DNA from: an uncultured Clostridia bacterium
GTDB lineage: Bacteria > Bacillota > Clostridia > Oscillospirales > Ruminococcaceae
NCBI GenBank assembly: GCA_944382875.1
Contig: CALWNQ010000045.1
Span: 13,275 to 77,274, forward strand
Length of the DNA stretch: 64,000 bases
Reading direction: 5' to 3'
In this document: positions 18,663 to 26,481 of the stretch, piece after piece
Position numbering within the stretch: the first letter of the stretch is position 1
Layout of the letters: each line of letters begins with the position of its first letter
Notes under the pieces: model-generated
What the model was told of the DNA's origin: nothing
The model's input: only the letters and a program-made list of their open reading frames with translations
Database searches by the model: none
Program-made: the position numbers and the translations under genes

Positions 18663-19289
18663 ATGGAAATACCGGACGGCAACCTGTTTCTGTATTGCGA
18701 ACACCGAAATCCGGCGGCGTTTTCAGCGCTGCCAAAGGGATATACGCTCCGGTTTTGCCGGGAGGAGGAGCTGCCGCTCTGGATGGCGCTCCACTTTGAC
18801 AGTCCGGCCGAAGCGGAGCAAAACCGCCCCTATATGGAGGAGTTTTTCGAGCGGGTGTACGCGCCGCACGGCGATGAATTTTTCCGGCGGTGCCGGCTGC
18901 TCTGCGGCCCGGACGGGGAGGTGGCGGGGAGCTGCTTTCTCTGGAAATCGCTCTGCGGGGTGGAAACGGTCCACTGGTACAAGGTGAAAAAGGAGCTGGA
19001 AGGCCGGGGGCTGGGGCGTGCGCTCCTTTCGGAAACGCTGCGGGGGGCGGAAGGTCCGCTCCTCCTCCACACCCAGCCGGGCAGCTACCGGGCGATCGGG
19101 CTTTACGCGGAGTTTGGCTTTGCGCTGCTCACCGATCCATCGGTCGGCCGGCGGCAAAACGACCTCGAAACGGCGCTCCCGGTGCTCCGGGAGGTGATGC
19201 TGCCGGAGAAATTCGCCCTTTTGCGGACGCAGAAAGCGCCGGAGCCGCTGATTTTGGCAGCAGCCACGGCGCCTTATTCCGATTTTTAG
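18663..19289 (+). CDS. GNAT-family N-acetyltransferase
   Basis: 208 aa. Acetyl-CoA-binding-type segment VKKELEGRGLGRALL. AGGGAGGA RBS. Confidence 0.65.
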   Translation: MEIPDGNLFLYCEHRNPAAFSALPKGYTLRFCREEELPLWMALHFDSPAEAEQNRPYMEEFFERVYAPHGDEFFRRCRLLCGPDGEVAGSCFLWKSLCGVETVHWYKVKKELEGRGLGRALLSETLRGAEGPLLLHTQPGSYRAIGLYAEFGFALLTDPSVGRRQNDLETALPVLREVMLPEKFALLRTQKAPEPLILAAATAPYSDF

Positions 19290-20392
19290 CGGGAAAGAAT
19301 TTTTTCCTGGAAGGCGAGTGCCATGTCGATGGCGCCGTCCCGGATTTCGGAGACCTTTGCAAAGTCCATCGCGGCCGAGTAAGCTTCTTCGATCCGGTCG
19401 TGGATGAGTTTTCCCCGGCGCATCGAGGAAGAAGCGGCGCGCAAGAGCTCTTCGGCGGCGCGGCGGTTGAAACGGAGCCGCTGCCGGCGGCGTCCGAGCT
19501 TCTCCATGTCGGTAAACCGAGTAAAGCTGATGACGCGGTAAGGCGTTCCCAGGAGTTCGAGGGGCAGCATAGGCGTTTCGGAGACAAAGGCGAGCCCCAG
19601 CTCCGGCACGAGCAGATGTTCCAGCTTGCCGTTCGGGCAAAGCGGCGAGTGGCAGCAGTAAAGGGTGACGCCGGCTTCGGAAAGGAGCGAGCGGATGGCC
19701 GCCAGCAGCAGGCCGGCAGATGCGCCGTAGGGATCGCGGATATAATAGAGCTTATCAAAGGCGGCGATCGTTTCGGCAAACCCGAACGGTCCTTTTGGGG
19801 TGACGGCGGTGAGGAACCGGTGTTTCTCCACCGATTTTCCTCGTCTGCGGCGGCATTCCCGGCTGACGATACCGGCGGCGGTGCGGGCAATTTTAGCCGG
19901 ATCGGTGCAGGAAAGGGCAGTGCTTTCATTATCGGCCAGAAGGGCGCGGGCGGCGCTCAAAAACTGGACGCACTGCTGGTGGCAGGCACTGTTCTGCCGA
20001 AAGAGCGGCAGGACGTTTTCCCGCGAAGATTGGAGCTGTTCCTCATCCCAACAGGAGGTGAGGCTGACCACCGTTTCGCAGACGCCGGGGTAGGCCGGTT
20101 CAATGACGTGAGGCGGTGTGGCGTCGGCAAAGGCGATGCCGGATTCGGGGAAGAGGACGGCGTCGAGCGAATCGGGGTCGGAGGAGCAGTGGATGTACTC
20201 CATCCCCGGTTCAGATTGGCAGAGGGCTTCGGCGGCGCGGCGCATCAGCGAGGATTTGCCGGTGCCGGGCCCCCCTTTGATGACAAAAAGGCGGCCCGCT
20301 TCGGAAAAAGCGGTGATTTCATCGGAAAAGGAGACAAACCCGGTCGGGGTGTTGGCTCCCAGGAAAAAATGCAGCGGCTGTTGCAGGTTCAT
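19286..20392 (-). CDS. Uncharacterized P-loop ATPase (two-module architecture, second P-loop degenerate)
   Basis: 368 aa. Walker A VIKGGPGTGKSSL at residues about 37-49. A second module begins YYIRDPYGASAGLL where a second GxxGxGKS would be expected. GGAGGG RBS. Confidence 0.7.
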   Translation of the reverse strand: MNLQQPLHFFLGANTPTGFVSFSDEITAFSEAGRLFVIKGGPGTGKSSLMRRAAEALCQSEPGMEYIHCSSDPDSLDAVLFPESGIAFADATPPHVIEPAYPGVCETVVSLTSCWDEEQLQSSRENVLPLFRQNSACHQQCVQFLSAARALLADNESTALSCTDPAKIARTAAGIVSRECRRRRGKSVEKHRFLTAVTPKGPFGFAETIAAFDKLYYIRDPYGASAGLLLAAIRSLLSEAGVTLYCCHSPLCPNGKLEHLLVPELGLAFVSETPMLPLELLGTPYRVISFTRFTDMEKLGRRRQRLRFNRRAAEELLRAASSSMRRGKLIHDRIEEAYSAAMDFAKVSEIRDGAIDMALAFQEKILSR

Positions 20393-20496
20393 ATTAATCC
20401 CTCCAAAGGCAGGCAGTTTTGCAATGTAGATATCTTATCTTATTCGTTTGGCGGGATTTTTGATACAGAGACAGAAAAGTTACAGGAGGGATTTTG

Positions 20497-21309
20497 ATGA
20501 TTTATCAGAAATTGTATCCGGGCGGCAAGGCAAAGGCCGTCACCTTCAGCTATGACGACGGCGTGGAGCAGGATGCGGTGCTGGCGGAACTTTTCAACCG
20601 GTACGGTGCGCGGGCGACTTTTAACCTGAACTCGGGAATCGGGCCGGACCAGTCGTGGGACTGCCGCGGCGTAACGGTGCGGCGGCTTCCGCCGGAGGAT
20701 ATGCCCGGGATTTACGACGGGCACGAAATTGCCTGCCATTCCCGCACCCATCCGCATCTGGAGGAGCTGCCGGTGCGGGCGCTCTATGAGGAGCTTTTGG
20801 AGGACCGGATTGCGCTGGGAGAGCGGTTTCGCTGCAAGGTAACGGGGCTGGCGCTTCCTTACGGGAGCTGGAACGGCGCGGTGATGGAGGCGGTAGAGAA
20901 ACTCGGTTTTCTCTATTGCCGGACCACCGAATCGACCGGCCGGTTTTCGCTGCCGGAGGATTTTCTGCGCTGGAATCCCACCTGCCATCACAATGACCCG
21001 CAGCTCATGCTGCTGGCGGAAAGCTTCCGGGTTTGCGAGGAGGAGCTGCCGCTCTTTTATGTCTGGGGGCATTCCTACGAGTTCGCGGCCGACAAAAACT
21101 GGGGGCGGATGGAGGAGCTTCTGGACTTTTTGGCGGCGCAGCGCGGAATCTGGTACGCCACCAATCATGCGGTGGCGGCATATCTGCGGGCAGTGTCCCG
21201 GCTTGTGGCGGGCGAGGATTTCTTCTATAACCCGACAAACCAGGATCTCTGGGTGCGGTATGAGGGAAGCATCCTGAAAATCCCGGCGGGAGAATGGCTG
21301 GATGTATAA
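20497..21309 (+). CDS. Polysaccharide deacetylase (NodB homology) family protein
   Basis: About 270 aa, no signal peptide. VTFSYDDG, EIACHSRTHP and LALPYGSW motifs. Confidence 0.8.
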   Translation: MIYQKLYPGGKAKAVTFSYDDGVEQDAVLAELFNRYGARATFNLNSGIGPDQSWDCRGVTVRRLPPEDMPGIYDGHEIACHSRTHPHLEELPVRALYEELLEDRIALGERFRCKVTGLALPYGSWNGAVMEAVEKLGFLYCRTTESTGRFSLPEDFLRWNPTCHHNDPQLMLLAESFRVCEEELPLFYVWGHSYEFAADKNWGRMEELLDFLAAQRGIWYATNHAVAAYLRAVSRLVAGEDFFYNPTNQDLWVRYEGSILKIPAGEWLDV

Positions 21310-21343
21310 AAAAGCGGGGCCGGTGAAAACCGGTCCCGTTTTG
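21308..21343. terminator. Bidirectional intrinsic terminator
   Basis: A-tract, then GCGGGGCCGGT-GAAA-ACCGGTCCCGT, then TTTT. Sits between the convergent deacetylase gene and the last gene of the polyamine operon. Confidence 0.7.
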
Positions 21344-21347
21344 CTGT

Positions 21348-21746
21348 TCAGTCAAAGTTGTCGATTTCGCCGTCACCGTCCAGGTCGTGGTCGTGGGAGT
21401 AGAATTCCTTGCCGACAACCTGCCTGCGGCTGCGCGCCTTCTCAATGAGATCGGAGAGAAGGCGGTTGACCTCTTCCGGTTTTTTGATATTTTTGAGGAT
21501 GATCTGGCCCGACACATCCACTCGGGTGTGAAGGGTGACCGTCCCCGTTCCGCAGATCCGCTGCCCCAGAGTGCGGGTGAGCGAGAGGTCGACGATGCGG
21601 TAGAGCAGCGCCTCGTCGTGGCGGGTGGTCAAAAGCCCCACATCGGTGTAGAGGCGATCGCAATCCAGGCTGTACCGGGTAAAACTCCATGGGAACCAGA
21701 GGAAATGCTTGCGGTCCTTCCAGAGGATCGGATTTCTTTCGGGCAT
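21348..21746 (-). CDS. Bacterial PH-domain (bPH_2/YdbS-like) protein with an EF-hand-like acidic C-terminus
   Basis: About 132 aa. ILWKDRKHFL...YSLDCDRLYTDVGLLTTRHDEALLYRIVDLSLTRTLGQRICGTGTVTL fits the bPH_2 pattern. The C-terminus DLDGDGEIDNFD matches the DxDxDGxIxxxD calcium-loop pattern. ATG 21746 lies 2 nt after the upstream stop. Confidence 0.65.
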   Translation of the reverse strand: MPERNPILWKDRKHFLWFPWSFTRYSLDCDRLYTDVGLLTTRHDEALLYRIVDLSLTRTLGQRICGTGTVTLHTRVDVSGQIILKNIKKPEEVNRLLSDLIEKARSRRQVVGKEFYSHDHDLDGDGEIDNFD

Positions 21747-21748
21747 AT

Positions 21749-22009
21749 TCACAGGCGTTCTCCTTTCCGCCGGCTGTCGGCAACCGGCTCCATGTACTCT
21801 TTCTGATTGCAGTGCGGGCAGCGGATGATCTTGCCGCTCACCGCGTTGACTGAGAAAATCATCCGGAGCAGTTTTGGTTTGAAGGCGTATCCGCATTTCG
21901 GACAGACAAAATGCTGTCTTTTGTAAAAATACAGATACACGCCTGCCGCATAGAGGATCGCGGCGAGGACAAGGATCAAAGCGCCGGTTAGGACGGGATT
22001 TTCAAACAT
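21749..22009 (-). CDS. Small membrane-anchored zinc-ribbon protein
   Basis: 86 aa. One N-terminal TM helix (LTGALILVLAAILYAAGVYLYFY), then CPKC-x24-CPHC. Its start overlaps the nspC stop (TGATG). Confidence 0.55.
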   Translation of the reverse strand: MFENPVLTGALILVLAAILYAAGVYLYFYKRQHFVCPKCGYAFKPKLLRMIFSVNAVSGKIIRCPHCNQKEYMEPVADSRRKGERL

Positions 22010-23151
22010 CAGGAAAGCCTCCCCTTGAAATCCTCATAGCCGAACCGTTTGACCAGCCTGATTTCGCCGGATTCGGTTTTCAGGGCGATCGAGGGCAGCG
22101 GCATTCCGTTAAAGGTGTTGGTTTTGACCATGGTGTAGAGGGCCATGTCGCCGAAAACGACCAGATCACCGGGGTTCAGCGGCTTATCAAAGGAGTAATC
22201 CCCGATGATGTCGCCAGCCAGGCAGGTGGGGCCGCCAAAACGGTAGGTGTATGCCTTTTCGCCGGGCTGTCCGCTTTCGAGGACGGGCGGACGGTAGGGC
22301 ATTTCGAGGACGTCGGGCATGTGACAGGCGGCCGAAGTGTCCAGAATGGCAAGATTCATGCCGTTTTTAAAGGTTTCCAGCACGCTCGACACCAGATACC
22401 CGGCGTTCAGAACGACCGCTTCGCCCGGTTCGAGGTAGACTTCCACCTTCCAGCGCTCTTTTAGTCCTTTGACGATGCGGATGAGCTTTTCCCGGTCGTA
22501 GTCATCGCGGGTGATGTGGTGCCCGCCGCCCAGATTCAGCCATTTGAGGCCGGGGATGAACTCCCCGAATTTCTCTTCAAAGGCCGCGACGGTGGTTTCC
22601 AGATCGTCCGAATTCTGTTCGCAGAGGGTGTGGAAATGCAGTCCATCAAGCAGCGGCAGCAGCTCCGGCTCAAAATTCGCGCGGGTTGTCCCCAGCCGGG
22701 AGCCGGGCGCGCAGGGATCGTAGATCGCGTGGCCTTCCTGTGTCGAGCACTCGGGGTTTACCCGGAGCCCCACCTGTTTGCCGGCTTTATGTGCGCGATC
22801 GGCGTACAATCTGAGCTGGCGGCAGGAGTTGAAAACAAAGTGATCGGCGTACCCGAGAAGCTCCTGAAACTCCTCCTCCCGGTAGGCCGGGGAAAAGACA
22901 TGGGTTTCACCGCCGAATTCCTCGTGCCCGAGCCGCGCCTCAAAAAGGCCGCTGGCGGTCGAGCCGGCGAGATATTCCCGCAGAAGCGGGTAGACGGCGA
23001 ACATCGAGAACGCCTTTTGGGCGAGCAGAATTTTGCAGCCTGCTTTTTCCTGCACTTCTTTGAGGATTTCCAGATTCTGCCGCAGCTTTTTCTCATCAAT
23101 CAGGAAAAAGGGGGTGGGAATCCCGCCCCCCAGAAATTCGTTTCTGTCCAT
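22009..23151 (-). CDS. nspC: Carboxynorspermidine/carboxyspermidine decarboxylase
   Basis: 380 aa. PLP-fold motifs LLAQKAFS and LNLGGGHH, and the C-terminal barrel CLAGD, are typical of NspC/CANSDC. Confidence 0.85.
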   Translation of the reverse strand: MDRNEFLGGGIPTPFFLIDEKKLRQNLEILKEVQEKAGCKILLAQKAFSMFAVYPLLREYLAGSTASGLFEARLGHEEFGGETHVFSPAYREEEFQELLGYADHFVFNSCRQLRLYADRAHKAGKQVGLRVNPECSTQEGHAIYDPCAPGSRLGTTRANFEPELLPLLDGLHFHTLCEQNSDDLETTVAAFEEKFGEFIPGLKWLNLGGGHHITRDDYDREKLIRIVKGLKERWKVEVYLEPGEAVVLNAGYLVSSVLETFKNGMNLAILDTSAACHMPDVLEMPYRPPVLESGQPGEKAYTYRFGGPTCLAGDIIGDYSFDKPLNPGDLVVFGDMALYTMVKTNTFNGMPLPSIALKTESGEIRLVKRFGYEDFKGRLS

Positions 23152-24411
23152 TTAGTCCACCAGAACGGGGTTGTCGTTGATCTGCCACGGCAGGCCCCAT
23201 TTGTTGAGCGCTTCCATATACGGATCGGGATCGAACTCCTCGGCGGTGTAAACGCCGGGTTTGAGCCAGTAGCCTTTGAGCATCATCATGGCGCCGATCA
23301 TCGCGGGAACACCGGTGGTGTAGCTGATGGCCTGGGAGCCCACTTCCTTGTAGCACTCCTGATGGTCGCAGACGTTGTAAATGTAGGCGGTTTTCTCCTT
23401 GCCGTCTTTCACACCGGTGAAGATGCAGCCGATGTTGGTTTTGCCGACCGTGCGGGGGCCGAGGGAAGCGGGATCGGGCAGCAGCGCTTTGAGGAACTGG
23501 ATGGGAACAATCTGATGTCCCTCAAATTCGATGGGAGTGGTGGAAAGCATGCCCACATTTTCCAGACACTTCATGTGGGTGAGGTAGCTCTGGCCGAAGG
23601 TCATAAAGAAACGGATGCGTTCCACACCGGGGATGTTTTTGGCGAGCGATTCGATCTCCTCGTGGTGGAGGAGGTACATGTCCTTCTGACCGACCTGGTC
23701 AAAGTTATATTCCCGTTTGATGCTCATCGCGGGAATCTCCACCCAGTGGCCGTTTTCCCAGTAGGAACCGGGAGCGGAAACTTCGCGGAGGTTGATTTCG
23801 GGGTTGAAGTTGGTGGCGAAGGGGTAGCCGTGGTCGCCGCCGTTGCAGTCGAGGATGTCGATGGTGCGGATCTCGTCAAAGAGGTGTTTCTGGGCGTAGG
23901 CGCAGAACACCTGGGTAACGCCGGGATCGAAGCCGGTGCCGAGCAGGGCGGTCAGGCCGGCTTTCTCGAATTTTTCCTTGTAAGCCCACTGGTAGCTGTA
24001 ATCAAAGTAGGCGGAGAAGCCCTCTTCCTTGCAGCGTTTTTCATAAGCGGCTTTCCACTCCGGATCGTCAAGGTTTTCCGGCTCGTAGTTGGCGGTGTCG
24101 AGGTAGTTGACACCGCAGGCAAGGCAGGCGTCCATGATAACCAGATCCTGATAGGGCAGGGCGATGTTCATAACCAGATCGGGTTTTTCCTCTTTGATAA
24201 GGGCGCAGAGCTCGTCAAAATTGTCGGCGTTGACCTGCCGGGTGGTGATTTTGGTGGCAGTTTTGCCCTCCAGTTTCGCTTTGAGGTCATCGCACTTGGA
24301 TTTGGTGCGGGAAGCAATGCAGATTTCGGTAAAAACTTCGCTGTTCTGGCAGCATTTCTGGATGGCGACCGACGCAACGCCGCCGCAGCCAATGATTAAA
24401 ACTTTGGACAT
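23152..24411 (-). CDS. Carboxynorspermidine/carboxyspermidine dehydrogenase (saccharopine dehydrogenase family)
   Basis: 419 aa. N-terminal Rossmann fold VLIIGCGGVASV. Family-typical length, and its stop directly abuts the nspC start. Confidence 0.85.
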   Translation of the reverse strand: MSKVLIIGCGGVASVAIQKCCQNSEVFTEICIASRTKSKCDDLKAKLEGKTATKITTRQVNADNFDELCALIKEEKPDLVMNIALPYQDLVIMDACLACGVNYLDTANYEPENLDDPEWKAAYEKRCKEEGFSAYFDYSYQWAYKEKFEKAGLTALLGTGFDPGVTQVFCAYAQKHLFDEIRTIDILDCNGGDHGYPFATNFNPEINLREVSAPGSYWENGHWVEIPAMSIKREYNFDQVGQKDMYLLHHEEIESLAKNIPGVERIRFFMTFGQSYLTHMKCLENVGMLSTTPIEFEGHQIVPIQFLKALLPDPASLGPRTVGKTNIGCIFTGVKDGKEKTAYIYNVCDHQECYKEVGSQAISYTTGVPAMIGAMMMLKGYWLKPGVYTAEEFDPDPYMEALNKWGLPWQINDNPVLVD

Positions 24412-24430
24412 GGTAAAATCCTCCTGTTTT

Positions 24431-24751
24431 TTATTGTTCAGTAAAAATTTGATATTCCTGCTTGAGTTTCAGAATGGGCAGAGAGACCATTTCCGATAAC
24501 TGTTTGGAAATTTTATCAATAGCAGTTTGGAAAGAAGTGTGTGCAAGTTCCAGTTTCTCCCAGTTGGTGTACACATTCTGTACAACCGGAAGTATCTCCT
24601 CCTCAAAGCGGTAGCAAGCAATATCGTCTATGATTTTGCCGGGGAATTCTGCTGCGATGCCTGCAGCATATTTTTTCCAGTCCGGTAAAGAAAACTGTCC
24701 CGAAGGAAAGCATTGCCGGATATTGGAAAATGTGTCGACGACAGAAAGCAT
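24431..24751 (-). CDS. Hypothetical protein (AT-richer orphan ORF inside the polyamine operon)
   Basis: 106 aa. GGAGG RBS 9 nt upstream of the ATG. Hand-counted GC is about 45% against about 52-55% in adjacent genes. I see no recognisable catalytic motif. Confidence 0.5.
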   Translation of the reverse strand: MLSVVDTFSNIRQCFPSGQFSLPDWKKYAAGIAAEFPGKIIDDIACYRFEEEILPVVQNVYTNWEKLELAHTSFQTAIDKISKQLSEMVSLPILKLKQEYQIFTEQ

Positions 24752-24787
24752 GTCTTGATACCTCCGATGTCTGGAAACGAGTATGGT

Positions 24788-25639
24788 TTAAGATAACGCC
24801 AGCATCATTTCCCGCACGATCTTGCAGGCGACCGCTGTGGAAGCGCCGCTCTGATCGTAGTGGGGGCTTAATTCATTGACATCGCATCCCACGATGTTCG
24901 CTTTGGAGCAGACGAGAGTCACCGCTTCCCGCAGCGTGTTGAAATCCACCCCGCCGGGCTCCGGTGTGCCGGTTCCGGGAAAGACGGAAGGATCGAGAAC
25001 GTCAAGATCAAGTGTGAAGTAAACCGGTCTGCCGCCCAGCTCTGCAAGTTTCTCTGCCAGACCGTTCAGGTCAAATTTGTGGGTGTTGACATGGTCTTTT
25101 CCCCAACGGAACTCCTCCCGGTCGCCGGAACGGATGCCAAACTGGTGGATTTTGCCGTCGCCGATCAGCTCCCAGCAGCGCCGCAGCACGCAGGCGTGGG
25201 AAAGCTCGGCCCCCAGATACTCCTGCCGCAGGTCGGCGTGGGCGTCGAAGTGGATAATCTCAACATTGGAATATTTGGCCTGTGCCGCCCGGAAAGCGCC
25301 CAAGGTCACCAGATGCTCGCCGCCCAGCAAAAAGGGAAGCTTGCCGTCCGTTAAAATAGTTGCCGCGCGTTCCTCAATGTCGGCCAGCGCATCCTCCGGC
25401 TTGCCGAAAGAGAGCTCTAAATCGCCGCTGTCAAAGATTTTACAATCGAGCAGGTCCTTGTCCTGATACGGGCTGTAACTTTCGAGACCATAGGATTCCC
25501 GCCGGATGGCGGCGCTTCCGAACCGGGTGCCGGGGCGGTAGGATGTGGTCGAGTCAAACGGCGCGCCGTAGAGGACGATTTGCGCCTCCTCGTAATCGGC
25601 GTCGCAGCAGAGATAGGTTTCAACGTTCGGGTTCAACAT
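24788..25639 (-). CDS. speB: Agmatinase (ureohydrolase family)
   Basis: 283 aa. Mn-ligand motifs IIHFDAHADL, LGGEH and TLDLDVLDPS. Confidence 0.9.
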   Translation of the reverse strand: MLNPNVETYLCCDADYEEAQIVLYGAPFDSTTSYRPGTRFGSAAIRRESYGLESYSPYQDKDLLDCKIFDSGDLELSFGKPEDALADIEERAATILTDGKLPFLLGGEHLVTLGAFRAAQAKYSNVEIIHFDAHADLRQEYLGAELSHACVLRRCWELIGDGKIHQFGIRSGDREEFRWGKDHVNTHKFDLNGLAEKLAELGGRPVYFTLDLDVLDPSVFPGTGTPEPGGVDFNTLREAVTLVCSKANIVGCDVNELSPHYDQSGASTAVACKIVREMMLALS

Positions 25640-26480
25640 CTTTCAATAACTCCTCTACATAAGCGGGCACATAGAAAGCTCCTTTGTGCAGTGTCGTGGT
25701 GTAATACCGGCATTTGAGGCCGCGGGCGTTCCACCGTTTTTCGTCCAGGTCGCGGAGCGGGTGGTATTTTTTGGTGGAGAAGCCGAACAGCCAGTGGCCG
25801 GACGGATAGGTGGGGATGTGTGCCTGGAATACCCGGCTGAACGGGAAGGATTCCACAATTCGTTTGTGAGCCTTTTGCATGGCAAGGGCGTCCTCCTTAT
25901 AAAAGGGGCTTTCGTGCTGGTTGACCATGATGCCGTCCTCTTTGAGAGCCTTGAAGCAGTTGCCATAAAATTCACGGGTAAACAATCCTTCGCCGGGGCC
26001 GAACGGATCGGTCGAGTCGACGATGATGAGGTCGTAGCAGTCCTTGCACCAGCGGATAAATTTGAGCCCGTCTTCATAATAGATTTTCACGCGGGGATCG
26101 TCGAGCGAGCAAGCGGTCTGCGGCAGATATTCTTTGCAGACTTCCACCACCTGGGGATCGATTTCGACCATGTCGATCTGTTCGATGTCATCATACCGGC
26201 AGAGCTCCCGGATGACGCCGCCGTCGCCCGCTCCAATGACCAGCACCCGCTTGACATGGGGATGTACCGCCATCGGCACATGAACAATCATTTCGTGGTA
26301 GATAAATTCGTCCTTTTCAGTCAGCATCATATAGCCGTCCAGGACGAGAAAGCGCCCAAACTCCGGGGATTCAAAAATGTCGATCCGCTGGAAGTCGCTC
26401 TGGCCGCTGTAAAGCTGGCGGTCGACGCGGATGGAGAGCTTGACATTGGGGGTGTGCATTTCGGAGAACCAGAATTCCAT
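25620..26480 (-). CDS. speE: Polyamine aminopropyltransferase (spermidine synthase family)
   Basis: 286 aa. VLVIGAGDGGVIREL, DLIIVDSTDPFGPGEGLF and the N-terminal tetramerisation segment WFSE. Confidence 0.9.
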   Translation of the reverse strand: MEFWFSEMHTPNVKLSIRVDRQLYSGQSDFQRIDIFESPEFGRFLVLDGYMMLTEKDEFIYHEMIVHVPMAVHPHVKRVLVIGAGDGGVIRELCRYDDIEQIDMVEIDPQVVEVCKEYLPQTACSLDDPRVKIYYEDGLKFIRWCKDCYDLIIVDSTDPFGPGEGLFTREFYGNCFKALKEDGIMVNQHESPFYKEDALAMQKAHKRIVESFPFSRVFQAHIPTYPSGHWLFGFSTKKYHPLRDLDEKRWNARGLKCRYYTTTLHKGAFYVPAYVEELLKDVEPER

Positions 26481-26481
26481 A

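Noticed and set aside
22516-24399. 627-aa plus-strand ORF antisense to nspC and the carboxyspermidine dehydrogenase gene. Similar cases are 31307-33856 (849 aa, antisense to GH38), 34924-36642, 37723-39489, 41237-42301 and 27..1421.
   Set aside because: All are opposite well-supported genes, lack RBSs and recognisable domains, and show the Arg/Gly/Ala/Pro bias of off-frame high-GC translation.
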